Positions 49,735 through 60,030 are shown, counted from the stretch's first letter. The stretch: 64,000 nt of DNA from an uncultured Candidatus Saccharibacteria bacterium (GCA_964478705.1 CAYZIR010000002.1:23760-87759), one strand, 5' to 3'. Translations and numbers: made by a program. Notes: generated by a model not told the origin, from the letters alone.

Positions 49735-51030
49735 ATGAATTACTTCCGCACCACATTTTGTATTGCACTTGTAACGCTTCTCTTGGTGAGCGGTGGCAAC
49801 AACGTGAATGCCCAAGATGTCGATGAGCTCCGCGATAAAATCAACGAGGCGGAACAGCAAATCGATAAATTAAATGACGAGATTGCAGTGCTTGAAAAAG
49901 AGCTTCAGAAGGTTGGTGCGGATCGTTCAACACTCGAGGCTGCAATACAAGCGTTAAACCTTACGCGTCAAAAACTTCTCTCGGATATCACACTCACACA
50001 AAAGAAAATCGAACAGACAGGGTATTCCATCAAACAACTGGGGATCGAAATAAGCGACAAGGAAGCAAAAATTGAGCGCAACAATACAATACTCGGAAAT
50101 GCGCTTCGCACCGTACAAGCGGCAGACGATCAATCATTGATTGAAACCATACTCGCATACGACTCGCTCTCTGAATTGTGGGTTGAACTTGACCAACTTG
50201 AGACCATACAAGATATCGTGCGCGACCAATTAATCGAACTCCGAGGACTTAAAAGTGAATTGGAATCTGAAGAAGCAAAAGAGCGTCGTGCCCATGAAGA
50301 TTTGAGCACATACAAAAGCAAGCTCGATGGTCAAAAGAAAGTGATTGAAGAAAATAAGAAAGAAAAAGACTCACTCCTTGCAACAACCAAAAGTACTGAA
50401 GCGGCGTACCAAGCGCTCCTCGAACAAAAACGTCTCGCTCGTCAGCAGTTTGAAAGTGCGATGCAAGAATTTGAATCACAGCTTGAATATGCGCTCGATC
50501 CGTCCCGATTGCCGAAAGAGGGAACCAGTATTCTTTCGTGGCCAGTTGAATCACCTGAGATTACGCAGGGCTTTGGATTGACCTCATTTGCGCGAAACGG
50601 AGCATATGGATATGACAAGGCGGGAAACCCAAATCCGCACCGTGGAATCGATTTTAGAGCCTCTGTGGGCACACCATTGCTCTCAGCGGGCTCAGGAACC
50701 GTTAGGGACGCTGTGGATATGGATAAAACCCCTGGATGCTACTCGTACGGCAAATGGATCCTCGTAGATCACGATAACGGCCTCTCAACGCTTTACGCAC
50801 ACCTCTCTGTTATGAGTGTTTCTGCAGGGGATTATGTGAAGCAAGGACAAATCATCGGCTACGCAGGTGCAACTGGCTATGCAACGGGGCCACACCTGCA
50901 TTTTACGGTCTTTGATCAAGAAGCGGTTAAAGTCGCTCCATTCTCATGGAGTAATGGATGTAAAAACACCAAAATTGCCTACGCGCCATTTGAAGCATAC
51001 TTGAATCCGCTCTCATATCTGCCACAATAA
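49735..51030 (+). CDS. coiled-coil M23 peptidase (EnvC-like)
   Basis: Signal peptide, long coiled coil, HRGID, YAHLS, GPHLHF. Confidence 0.9.
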   Translation: MNYFRTTFCIALVTLLLVSGGNNVNAQDVDELRDKINEAEQQIDKLNDEIAVLEKELQKVGADRSTLEAAIQALNLTRQKLLSDITLTQKKIEQTGYSIKQLGIEISDKEAKIERNNTILGNALRTVQAADDQSLIETILAYDSLSELWVELDQLETIQDIVRDQLIELRGLKSELESEEAKERRAHEDLSTYKSKLDGQKKVIEENKKEKDSLLATTKSTEAAYQALLEQKRLARQQFESAMQEFESQLEYALDPSRLPKEGTSILSWPVESPEITQGFGLTSFARNGAYGYDKAGNPNPHRGIDFRASVGTPLLSAGSGTVRDAVDMDKTPGCYSYGKWILVDHDNGLSTLYAHLSVMSVSAGDYVKQGQIIGYAGATGYATGPHLHFTVFDQEAVKVAPFSWSNGCKNTKIAYAPFEAYLNPLSYLPQ

Positions 51031-51051
51031 GAAGAAAGAAAATCACGAATC

Positions 51052-51396
51052 ATGAAGCACGAATCATGTAACATGGAACATACAACGCGGAATACGGAAC
51101 ACGGAACATATACCATAGAACAGGCTACACGTTTTGCGCTTCATAACCGAAGGGGATTCATTAAAATTATTTTACTCATCGTCATCGGTCTCGTGGTGCT
51201 TGGATACTTTGGTTTGAACATCAAAGACATCCTCGCGTCACCCGTCGTCAAAGAGAATCTTGCCTATGCATGGGAACTTGCAAAGACACTCTGGGCGAAT
51301 TACCTCCAGGCACCCGCACAGTGGGTATGGGAACACCTTATTAAGTTCCTCTGGAACCTCTTTTTGGAAGGCTTAGGAAATCTGAAGTCGAATTAG
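51052..51396 (+). CDS. small membrane protein with pilin-like leader; N-terminus encoded by heptamer repeats
   Basis: RRG|FIKIILLIVIGLVVLG; start uncertain. Confidence 0.6.
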   Translation: MKHESCNMEHTTRNTEHGTYTIEQATRFALHNRRGFIKIILLIVIGLVVLGYFGLNIKDILASPVVKENLAYAWELAKTLWANYLQAPAQWVWEHLIKFLWNLFLEGLGNLKSN

Positions 51397-51399
51397 TTT

Positions 51400-51897
51400 A
51401 TGAAACTCGAATCATCCGAGAATGTTTCGAGTAATCCGCTCCATCAAGCCTATGAGCTTATAGGTGTCACAACGATGCACGGTTTGTCACGTGCCTATAC
51501 CGCAGAGGATCAAAAATTAATGAAAGAAGGGAAGTGGGATTATGAAAATCCAGAACTTCTGACGAATAAAATTAAAATTCTTTTAGAAAAAATCGATCCG
51601 ACTACCCTATCTGAAGAAGAAAAAGAGTGGAGAGGGGAGATTCTTTGGTTCTGGTACCACCATGCCATTAGTTGTGCCATATCGAGATACAAGGATAAGG
51701 AACGCGCTCAAGAATACGTCGAGAAGGCTCTTGAATATCAAGATAATGATCATCCGAACAAAATAACGCGTCTTTTTTATTTTTTACTTCATGATGATTT
51801 AAAGGCAGCTGAAGATTTTGCCGAGGAGATAGAGAATGACAAAGAGACGGCGCAGTGGCTTATCGACGACTACGTTGCAGGAAAGTGGTTTGCTTAA
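51400..51897 (+). CDS. hypothetical protein (helical, acidic)
   Basis: 165-aa ORF, AT-rich, co-oriented with neighbours. Confidence 0.6.
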   Translation: MKLESSENVSSNPLHQAYELIGVTTMHGLSRAYTAEDQKLMKEGKWDYENPELLTNKIKILLEKIDPTTLSEEEKEWRGEILWFWYHHAISCAISRYKDKERAQEYVEKALEYQDNDHPNKITRLFYFLLHDDLKAAEDFAEEIENDKETAQWLIDDYVAGKWFA

Positions 51898-51952
51898 GCT
51901 TTGCAGGAACTTTATTACAGCGCATTATTTAGTCCTTATTTTAATATATAAT

Positions 51953-51980
51953 GTGTCGCAAAAGATATATTGTGCGACGT
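51953..51980. other. dif-like 11-6-11 tyrosine recombinase site
   Basis: gtgtcgcaaaa-gatata-ttgtgcgacgt between convergent genes. Confidence 0.45.
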
Positions 51981-52035
51981 TATCTATTTTGAAAAGCCGC
52001 ACAAAGAGGCCTTTGACATTCCTCCCCTCGCGTGG

Positions 52036-52476
52036 TCACTGACAGTTTTGTGCTTTCGTATATCCTGCTTGCTCTGCATCTTTCTCTGTAGCAAACCATA
52101 TTTTATTTTCCTCTTTGATGGTGCGAGCTCCAGGGCACCAAGGGAAGTGGTACTTGCTCCCATGCTTTGAAGCAACAATAGGCTCCGACGCTGACTTCCC
52201 TACCCCTCCTACCTGTGGTGCCTGTGTATCGTCTTTAGCGAGAGTATTTTCTTTGCATACTGTATTGACGCTGGCATTCGAGAAAACGTGCTCTATAACA
52301 ACTTCTGACGACTGTATCTCACCAACAGAAAGCCTACCTGTAGCAAAAGAGCCCACAGCGAGGCAAAGGCCGACCAGCACCGAGAGGAGCTCATCCCGAA
52401 CTGCCTCATCGTGAAGCCAGTATTTGCCTTTTTGCCAAAGCTCTGCTATATTTATGCGGTCTAATAACGCTTTCAT
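52036..52476 (-). CDS. membrane protein with C-terminal Ada-like metal-binding domain
   Basis: VASKHGSKYHFPWC...AEQAGYTKAQNC. Confidence 0.7.
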   Translation of the reverse strand: MKALLDRINIAELWQKGKYWLHDEAVRDELLSVLVGLCLAVGSFATGRLSVGEIQSSEVVIEHVFSNASVNTVCKENTLAKDDTQAPQVGGVGKSASEPIVASKHGSKYHFPWCPGARTIKEENKIWFATEKDAEQAGYTKAQNCQ

Positions 52477-52548
52477 GTGGGTCAGATGTCCCTATCCGCA
52501 GGCTAGCATCACGATAGTAAAGACACTCTAAAATTTTAGGTAAATACT

Positions 52549-52821
52549 ATGGCACATAGAAAAGCTGGTGGAACAGCGCGAAACCTGCGAGATTCAAATC
52601 CGAAATTCCTCGGTGTGAAGATTGCTGACGGACAGACTGCAAAAGCTGGTGCGATTATCGTACGTCAGCGTGGTACACCTATCATGCCGGGCAAGAATGT
52701 CGACATGGGCAAAGACCACACGATTTTTGCTCTTAAAGCAGGAGTGGTGAAGTTCGGAACACGACGAAAAATTCGATACGACGGATCGAAAACGACACGA
52801 AAGATTGTCGACGTCATTTAA
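52549..52821 (+). CDS. rpmA: 50S ribosomal protein L27
   Basis: [27 protein letters not shown]. Confidence 0.97.
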   Translation: MAHRKAGGTARNLRDSNPKFLGVKIADGQTAKAGAIIVRQRGTPIMPGKNVDMGKDHTIFALKAGVVKFGTRRKIRYDGSKTTRKIVDVI

Positions 52822-52823
52822 CA

Positions 52824-52856
52824 AAAACTCTCCCCGCAAAACGGGGAGAGTTTTTG
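52824..52856. terminator. bidirectional terminator
   Basis: aaaactctccccg-caaaa-cggggagagtttt. Confidence 0.8.
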
Positions 52857-52871
52857 TTATGAAAAGAACTG

Positions 52872-53315
52872 CTACGCTTCGCGCTCAAGGAGTAGAGTGA
52901 CGGTTGCTCGTGCTCCGTGCGCAGAGAGCGTCACCTCATGTGTACCGATATTTTTTATACCATCAACAGGAACGAGATCATTTGCGATGCACACACCCAA
53001 TTGATCATAGATTGCACTTGCAATGGCATCTTTGTGGAGGCGTGCGAACAGATGGCCCTCATCGTTTGCTTTCATACGAATCGTAATCGATTTGCCATCG
53101 ATTGCTTTAAGCGACTCAACCACCTTACCTTCATTTTCTGCTTGATTTTTTGATTCGATTCCCTTCTTTGATTCGAGCTCACGACGCGCTGATGGCGTTG
53201 CGGCTTTTGCCATACCTTTCGGAATAAGAAAATTGATTGCGTATCCTTCAGATACCGTCACAACCTCGGCACGACGGCCTACTTTTGCGACATCTTTGAG
53301 CAGAATGACTTCCAT
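52872..53315 (-). CDS. rplI: 50S ribosomal protein L9
   Basis: MEVILLKDV..G, GYAINFLIPKG. Confidence 0.95.
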   Translation of the reverse strand: MEVILLKDVAKVGRRAEVVTVSEGYAINFLIPKGMAKAATPSARRELESKKGIESKNQAENEGKVVESLKAIDGKSITIRMKANDEGHLFARLHKDAIASAIYDQLGVCIANDLVPVDGIKNIGTHEVTLSAHGARATVTLLLEREA

Positions 53316-53372
53316 AGTGTCTCCAGACTACTATGTAATGAAGCCGAAATCAAACGTTTGTATACCCTCGCA

Positions 53373-54593
53373 TTATAAGCCCGTAAGGAGGAATCTGACC
53401 GCTCGGTCAAACGGCGGATCCTGCTCCGCAAGAATATCTTCCTCAGTGCGAACTACTTCTATATCGGGGGTAAGACCTGCTTCTGAAATTGAAAGACCTT
53501 CGGGGGTGAGCCACTGTGCAATCGTCAATTTAAGTGCAGTATCATCGGTAACCGGAACAAGTTCTTGCACTGACCCTTTGCCGAATGTACGCTCGCCGAT
53601 GAGCGTCGCTTTCCCATTTTCACGAAGTGCGCCTGCAAGAATTTCTGACGCTGAGGCTGATCCTCTATCAACCAAAACTGCGAGGGTCACAGGCGTCTTA
53701 AGCAACGAGTACCCCTTGCTTCGGTGGACACTTTCTTCGACTCCCCCATCGAACGATTCGCGCACAACAATATCTCCCGCGGGCAAGAAGTAGCTTGCGA
53801 TATCAACCGCCGCATCGAGATAGCCACCCGGATTTCCGCGAAGATCAACGAGAAGTTTCGTACTTCCTGATTGTACAAACTCTTTCATCGCACCATAAAA
53901 TGCATTCGTTGCATTCGCATCGAAGTTATAGAGTGAGATAACAAAAACACCATCCGATCGCATCTCCGTATCAAGTGTTGGTATCACTATCTCAGCGCGG
54001 GTGATAGAGATGACCTCGGGCGCATCGGCACTTTCTCGCAGTGTGGTGAGTTTCACCACGGTGCCCGGCTCGCCTCGTATCAATCCAACCGCTTCATCCA
54101 CAGAAAGATCTCCCGTTGTTTTGCCATCAATTTCAAGAATCATATCTCCAGCGCGAATGCCAGCCATCTCAGCTGGGGTACCTTTGAGTGGCGCAATCAC
54201 CGTGATGATGTCATTTTCCTTACCAATCTCCATACCAACGCCACCAAAACTTCCGCCAATCATTTCTTCAAATTCTTTTGCTTCTTCCGGTGGGAGAAAT
54301 ACGGTGTACGGATCGCCAAGAGAGTTTGCAAGCCCTTCGATTGCACCCCATACCTTGTCTTGAGAAGGCGTTGACGTGCCGGTATCAGCATACTTTTCAT
54401 TGATAAGATTCCAGACCTCCCAGAAGGGCTCAAAATCGACGTCTGTAGGCGCGCCAAGATCCTTGTTATAGACATCGGTCACCGATTCACTTGGAAGTGA
54501 GCGCCGTTCCCCGACAATCATGCCGACATAGAAGACGGCGAGAAAAAGAAATCCTATGCACAGACGTCGTGTGAGCTTCGAAGGAGTCTTCAT
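53373..54593 (-). CDS. S41 carboxy-terminal processing protease (CtpA-like) with PDZ domain
   Basis: DPYT, DLRGNPGG, SASASEI, TFGKGSVQ. Confidence 0.93.
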   Translation of the reverse strand: MKTPSKLTRRLCIGFLFLAVFYVGMIVGERRSLPSESVTDVYNKDLGAPTDVDFEPFWEVWNLINEKYADTGTSTPSQDKVWGAIEGLANSLGDPYTVFLPPEEAKEFEEMIGGSFGGVGMEIGKENDIITVIAPLKGTPAEMAGIRAGDMILEIDGKTTGDLSVDEAVGLIRGEPGTVVKLTTLRESADAPEVISITRAEIVIPTLDTEMRSDGVFVISLYNFDANATNAFYGAMKEFVQSGSTKLLVDLRGNPGGYLDAAVDIASYFLPAGDIVVRESFDGGVEESVHRSKGYSLLKTPVTLAVLVDRGSASASEILAGALRENGKATLIGERTFGKGSVQELVPVTDDTALKLTIAQWLTPEGLSISEAGLTPDIEVVRTEEDILAEQDPPFDRAVRFLLTGL

Positions 54594-54637
54594 AGCACTT
54601 CAGTATCGCATGAAGTACAATTGAAGCAAAGAAAAAT

Positions 54638-55558
54638 ATGTCACTCGTACGACGAACATATAAAAAACTCACCTGGATTGATTGTGAGCGACCAACCCGC
54701 GATGAAATTACCTCTCTCATGGAGGAGTATAATATCGACCCCTTGGTTGCAGAGGAGCTGCTCTCTCCAACACGAAAGCCTCGAATCGAACGCTACGCAC
54801 AGCACCTTTTCCTGATTCTTCACTTCCCTGCCCTGCGTCACACTCATCGTTACGAACAGACATTGCAAGAAATCGATTTTGTTATCGGAAACACATTCCT
54901 CATTACCGTTCGATACGATGCGGTTGATGCCATTGAAAAATTCGCTCAAGTGTTTGAGACCAACGTTATCCTTGAACAATCACCTATCGGAGATACTGCC
55001 GGATACCTTTTCTACTTTCTTATCAAAAAACTCTACCACAGCCTCGAGCATGAGCTTGAATATATCGACAGCGGTCTTGAGGGAGTTGAGGGGCGTATCT
55101 TTGCCGGGAAAGAGCGCGCAATGGTTGCTGAACTATCTCTCGTCGGTCGCGACTTAGCCGATATCAGCAAAGCGGTCGGATACCATGAAGAGGTGTTGGC
55201 GTCCCTTGAACGATTTGGAGTGGTATTTTTTGGTGAACCATACCGTGACTACATGAAGCACATTATGAGCGAGTATCATCGTATCAAGCATCAATTATCT
55301 GCATCAAAAAACTTCTTTGACGAGCTCCGAGAAACCAACAATTCACTTCTTTCAACAAAACAAAATGAAGTGATGCAAACATTTACGGTTATGGCGTTCA
55401 TCACACTCCCCCTCTCACTGGTTGCGAGTGTCTTTGGTATGAATGTTGACCACACACCGATTGCTGGGCATCAATTCGACTTTTGGATCGTCGTCCTTCT
55501 CATGGCAATCCTTTCACTTGTGATGTTCTCTCTGTTCAAGTATCGTAAATGGCTCTAA
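54638..55558 (+). CDS. corA: CorA-family Mg2+ transporter
   Basis: FGMN signature with two C-terminal TM helices. Confidence 0.88.
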   Translation: MSLVRRTYKKLTWIDCERPTRDEITSLMEEYNIDPLVAEELLSPTRKPRIERYAQHLFLILHFPALRHTHRYEQTLQEIDFVIGNTFLITVRYDAVDAIEKFAQVFETNVILEQSPIGDTAGYLFYFLIKKLYHSLEHELEYIDSGLEGVEGRIFAGKERAMVAELSLVGRDLADISKAVGYHEEVLASLERFGVVFFGEPYRDYMKHIMSEYHRIKHQLSASKNFFDELRETNNSLLSTKQNEVMQTFTVMAFITLPLSLVASVFGMNVDHTPIAGHQFDFWIVVLLMAILSLVMFSLFKYRKWL

Positions 55559-55563
55559 ACCCT

Positions 55564-56931
55564 ATGCTGAAGCTCCATAATACCCTCACCCGCAGAAAGG
55601 AAGTCTTTGAATCGATTGCTCCCCAACACGTCGGAATGTACAACTGTGGCCCCACGGTCTATGACTATGTTCATATCGGTAACCTTCGCACCTATATTTT
55701 TTCAGATATTCTTCGTCGCACACTCATAAAAAACGGCTACGATGTGAAGCAGGTAATGAATATCACCGACGTCGGCCATCTCACCTCGGATGCCGATTCT
55801 GGCGAAGACAAAATGATGAAGGGTTTGAAGCGAGAAGGGCTACCCATCACGCTCGACGGAATGCAGAAACTTGCAAACATCTACACTGAAGCTTTTGTCG
55901 AAGACTCAGTATCTCTTAATCTTTTACCTCCCTCAGTGATGCCGAGAGCGAGCGAGCATATCGCGGAGCAGATTGCGCTTATCACCCAACTCGAAGCAAA
56001 AGGTCTTATCTACAGCACATCAGACGGTGTATATTTCTCCACAAAAGATTACGCAGAATACGGAAAGCTTGGTGGAATCAGTGAAAACGACGAAACATAC
56101 GGGCGCATCGAAGAAAATACAGAGAAGAGAGACAAGCACGATTTTGCCCTTTGGAAATTTAATACCGAGCTCGGTTGGGAGAGTCCATGGGGCAAAGGAT
56201 TCCCCGGTTGGCATGTAGAATGTTCTGCGATGAGCATGAAGTATCTTGGCGAAACATTTGATATTCACACCGGTGGTATCGATCACATTGCCGTCCACCA
56301 CAATAACGAGATCGCTCAATCAGAAGGAGCGTCAGGAAAACCTTTTGCTTATTTTTGGCTTCATGGCGCGTTTCTCAATGTGGACGATACAAAAATCGGA
56401 AAGTCAGCCGGCAACGGCATCACGCGGAAGGAACTTGAAACGAAAGGAATTACTCCCCTCGCCTACCGATATTTTATTCTCACCGCACACTATCGAAGTA
56501 CGGTGAACTTTACCTGGGAAGCGGTTGAAGCAGCACAAACTGCATTCAAGCGTCTCATTGAACGCATTACTGAACTCCCCGATGGTGGCGCGGTGCATCA
56601 AAACTACGACGCACGCTTTCTCGATGCAATCAATGACGACTTAAATACCCCGCAGGCGCTCGCGCTCGTCTGGGATTTATTGAAAGACTCTTCGGTCTCA
56701 GATGCCGATAAAAAAGCGACAATTCTCTCTTGGGATCAGGTCTTTGGACTTCGTCTTGGAGAGACACAAAACATTGTTATCCCTGAGGCAATAACCACTC
56801 TTCTTGGAAAACGCCGTCTTGCACGAGATGCTGGAGATTTCGCCACATCTGACACTCTTCGTGAAGAGATCGAAAAAGCAGGGTTCATCGTCAAAGATAC
56901 AGAAGAAGGCCAAAAAATAACGGTTCGATAG
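55564..56931 (+). CDS. cysS: cysteine--tRNA ligase
   Basis: CGPTVY..HIGN, GFPGWHVECS, HHNNE, KIGKS. Confidence 0.95.
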   Translation: MLKLHNTLTRRKEVFESIAPQHVGMYNCGPTVYDYVHIGNLRTYIFSDILRRTLIKNGYDVKQVMNITDVGHLTSDADSGEDKMMKGLKREGLPITLDGMQKLANIYTEAFVEDSVSLNLLPPSVMPRASEHIAEQIALITQLEAKGLIYSTSDGVYFSTKDYAEYGKLGGISENDETYGRIEENTEKRDKHDFALWKFNTELGWESPWGKGFPGWHVECSAMSMKYLGETFDIHTGGIDHIAVHHNNEIAQSEGASGKPFAYFWLHGAFLNVDDTKIGKSAGNGITRKELETKGITPLAYRYFILTAHYRSTVNFTWEAVEAAQTAFKRLIERITELPDGGAVHQNYDARFLDAINDDLNTPQALALVWDLLKDSSVSDADKKATILSWDQVFGLRLGETQNIVIPEAITTLLGKRRLARDAGDFATSDTLREEIEKAGFIVKDTEEGQKITVR

Positions 56932-57038
56932 CCTTACCGGTAGAGATACAACGACGTTTCTTTTCCCCAGATAACGAACAGAATACTCCCCTATCCGTTT
57001 CCCATTCGTGAGACTGTTTTGTGCTACCATGGCGACAC

Positions 57039-58430
57039 ATGAGTAATCCAATTACCGGCGTTCGCACCCCACCACAAGACCTCGGCGCAGAACGTGCGCT
57101 CCTTGGCTCTATCTTGCTTCGTCCAGAAGCAATGCATGAAGTATCGGATGACATCAACGCCGAATCATTCTATGCACAGAAGCATCGCATGATTTTTGGG
57201 GCGATGTTTGACCTCTTTAAAAAAAACGAGCCGATTGATCTCGTGTCGGTCTCTTCCCGTCTTAAAGAAACGAAACAGCTTGATTCTGCTGGTGGCATGT
57301 CATATCTCGCCTCGTTGGTCGACACCGTCCCATCGTCGATGAATGCAAAACACTATTCCGAAATTGTTATGCGTAAATCGGCAATGCGAAACTTGATTGA
57401 AGCGTCCCATCACATTGCAGAGCTTGGTTTTAGTGAAGAAGAAGAACTCGACGAGCTTCTTGATAAAGCTGAGAAAAAAATCTTTGAAGTTACCAATGCT
57501 CCCTCACATCACAAATTTATATCAGTAACGCACGTACTCGCTGACGCGTTTGAACGACTTGAGAAACTTTCAAAAACTGACGGCGAACTTCGTGGTGTGC
57601 CGACCGGATTCACCGAGCTCGATAATAAACTCTCTGGATTGCAAAAATCAGACCTCATCATCCTCGCGGCGCGCCCATCTGTTGGTAAAACGTCCCTTGC
57701 ACTTGATATTGCACGAAACACCGCCGTGCGTTTCGGTAAAAGTGTCGGAATTTTCTCGCTCGAAATGAGTTCACAGCAATTGGTCGACCGTATGCTCGCT
57801 GCAGAAGCGCAAGTTGATGCTTGGAAGCTTCGTACCGGAAAGTTAAAGAGTGATGAAGAGTTTGACCGTATCAGCGACGCATTGAATCGTCTTTCTCAAG
57901 CAAAGATTTATATTGACGATCAGCCGGCGAACAACATCATCAAAATGCGCGCTGTTGCTCGACGATTAAAGAGCGAGCACGGTCTCGACCTCATTATCGT
58001 TGACTACCTCCAACTCATGGCGCCCTCAACACGCCTCAAGGCGGATTCGATGGTTCAACAAGTGACGGAAATTTCGCGTTCGTTGAAACAGCTCGCGCGC
58101 GAGCTTGAAGTGCCGGTCGTTGCTCTTTCTCAGCTCTCCCGTGCAATCGAAACCCGCCGAGGTCGTCCTCAACTCTCCGACCTCCGCGATTCAGGTTCTA
58201 TCGAACAAGACGCGGACATCGTTGCCTTCATCCACAGTGAAGACCGCTACAAAGAGCAGTCTGAACGAAGCAATATCATCGAGCTCATTATTGCAAAACA
58301 TCGCAATGGGCCCGTTGGTACGATTGAACTCTTCTTTGACGATAAGAAGACTTCATTCCGCTCAATTGAACGCCATGGTGTACAAGAATTTGAGCAGATG
58401 GCAAAGGGTGCTGACGAACAGGTATTTTAG
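57039..58430 (+). CDS. dnaB: replicative DNA helicase
   Basis: AARPSVGKT, IVDYLQL, LSQLSR, DLRDSGSIEQDAD; no intein-sized insert. Confidence 0.97.
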   Translation: MSNPITGVRTPPQDLGAERALLGSILLRPEAMHEVSDDINAESFYAQKHRMIFGAMFDLFKKNEPIDLVSVSSRLKETKQLDSAGGMSYLASLVDTVPSSMNAKHYSEIVMRKSAMRNLIEASHHIAELGFSEEEELDELLDKAEKKIFEVTNAPSHHKFISVTHVLADAFERLEKLSKTDGELRGVPTGFTELDNKLSGLQKSDLIILAARPSVGKTSLALDIARNTAVRFGKSVGIFSLEMSSQQLVDRMLAAEAQVDAWKLRTGKLKSDEEFDRISDALNRLSQAKIYIDDQPANNIIKMRAVARRLKSEHGLDLIIVDYLQLMAPSTRLKADSMVQQVTEISRSLKQLARELEVPVVALSQLSRAIETRRGRPQLSDLRDSGSIEQDADIVAFIHSEDRYKEQSERSNIIELIIAKHRNGPVGTIELFFDDKKTSFRSIERHGVQEFEQMAKGADEQVF

Positions 58431-58453
58431 TGATTCTGCTATTGTGTAGACTT

Positions 58454-59062
58454 ATGAAAGGTATTGAGAAACTCGCGAGCTATTTCCAATCATTCCCTGG
58501 CGTTGGTCCTCGCCAGGCAAAGCGTTTTGTCTACTTCCTCTTGCGACAGGACAAGAAAACGCTTGAAGATATTTCGCGCGTGATTGAAAACCTAAAAGCG
58601 AATGTTGCCGAGTGCACATCGTGTCACCGGATGTATGAAGCTGACGGATATGCTGAGGTATGTGACATTTGTGGAAGTCCGAATCGCGACACCGGCCTTT
58701 TGATGATTGTTGAAAAAGATGCCGACCTTGAAGCACTTGAAAAAAGTGGGGTCTACAACGGCAAATATTTTGTACTCGGCGGAACGCTCCCACTCCTTGA
58801 GACTGCTCTCTCTCCTCTTCGCACCGATGGATTAAAAAACCGTGTGAAAAACGCACTCTCAGTACTGACTGAAATTATTTTAGCGACCGGTGCACATCCC
58901 GAAGGAGAATATACAAGCGACCATGTCCGACTGATACTTGAACCATTACTCAAAGATACAAAGATTGCTGTGACACTGCTTGGCCGAGGACTTTCAACCG
59001 GCACGGAGCTCGAATACTCTGACCGCGAAACGCTCAGGAACGCACTGTTGAATAGAAAATAG
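58454..59062 (+). CDS. recR: recombination mediator RecR
   Basis: PGVGPRQAKR, C4 zinc finger, ELEYSD. Confidence 0.93.
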   Translation: MKGIEKLASYFQSFPGVGPRQAKRFVYFLLRQDKKTLEDISRVIENLKANVAECTSCHRMYEADGYAEVCDICGSPNRDTGLLMIVEKDADLEALEKSGVYNGKYFVLGGTLPLLETALSPLRTDGLKNRVKNALSVLTEIILATGAHPEGEYTSDHVRLILEPLLKDTKIAVTLLGRGLSTGTELEYSDRETLRNALLNRK

Positions 59063-59117
59063 AAAACCGCCCGACGCTTCATTGCGTGGGCGGGGTTGGA
59101 GCGGAGGCTCCGAGGGG

Positions 59118-59552
59118 TTAGTCAGCGACTGGTAGGACTCTCTCTTCGAACTCCCAATGATTCTGAGAGCCCGCATAGGGATTGTTGGTGGCGGTGGTCT
59201 GGCGAATCAGAATGCGTTCACCGACCGACAACACGAGCCCTTTGTCTCCACGAACCAAGTGAGGAACGTTTCGTGGTTGTTCTCGCGCCACGAAGTAGCA
59301 GGAGTGTCCTGTTGGCTCGTTGCACAGGACAGCTACCGTTGCTTGGCAGACACGACTCTCTTCGATGAAAAGACGAACATGCCCCTTCTCCTCGAAGACA
59401 ACTTGGTAGCCTTCGGGATGTCGCTCTTCACGTTTCACTCCCTTGTTGGTCGAACCTTCCCCATAAAAAACATCGTAGGTGAGACCGGCCACACATAGGA
59501 GCAGAATACTGATTACAGGGTAAGCAATTCGAAGGATGGTTTTGTCGGTCAC
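59118..59552 (-). CDS. hypothetical protein with N-terminal TM helix
   Basis: AAGGAG SD before GTG, TTGACA(59623-59628)-17-TAATAT promoter, terminator 59063-59097. Confidence 0.6.
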   Translation of the reverse strand: MTDKTILRIAYPVISILLLCVAGLTYDVFYGEGSTNKGVKREERHPEGYQVVFEEKGHVRLFIEESRVCQATVAVLCNEPTGHSCYFVAREQPRNVPHLVRGDKGLVLSVGERILIRQTTATNNPYAGSQNHWEFEERVLPVAD

Positions 59553-59709
59553 GAGAGTCTCCTTGGCCAATGGCCATTCAAAGATCATTATTTAAAAGGA
59601 TATTAACAATATAAAAAGTATTTGTCAAACATGACACACTACAACAAAACCCTCTTTCGAGGGCTCTGATTCGCGTGCATTCGCGCTTCGTATTCGCGTA
59701 AATTCGCGG

Positions 59710-60030
59710 TTAGTTAGATAGAATAGAGTCAACTGCAATCGTCGCAAATGGCTGGCGGTGTCCGCGTTTCTTGTGGTATCGGCTCTTTGCCTTGTATTTG
59801 ACCACTACAACTTTCTTTGCGCGACCCTCAGATTCGTAGGTTCCAGTGACCTTTGCACCTGCGATGTATGGTGTGCCGATGGTTGTCGTCTTGCCATCAT
59901 CAACGAGGAGCACTTTGTCGAAAGCGATTTTCTCTCCCGCCTTTGCGTCCTTAATGATTTCAGTGGTGAAGCGGCTCTTCTCGGTAACGAGATACTGCTT
60001 TCCGCCGGTCTGTATAACTGCGAATTTCAT
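59710..60030 (-). CDS. rplU: 50S ribosomal protein L21
   Basis: FAVIQTGGKQY, KKRGHRQPF. Confidence 0.97.
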   Translation of the reverse strand: MKFAVIQTGGKQYLVTEKSRFTTEIIKDAKAGEKIAFDKVLLVDDGKTTTIGTPYIAGAKVTGTYESEGRAKKVVVVKYKAKSRYHKKRGHRQPFATIAVDSILSN

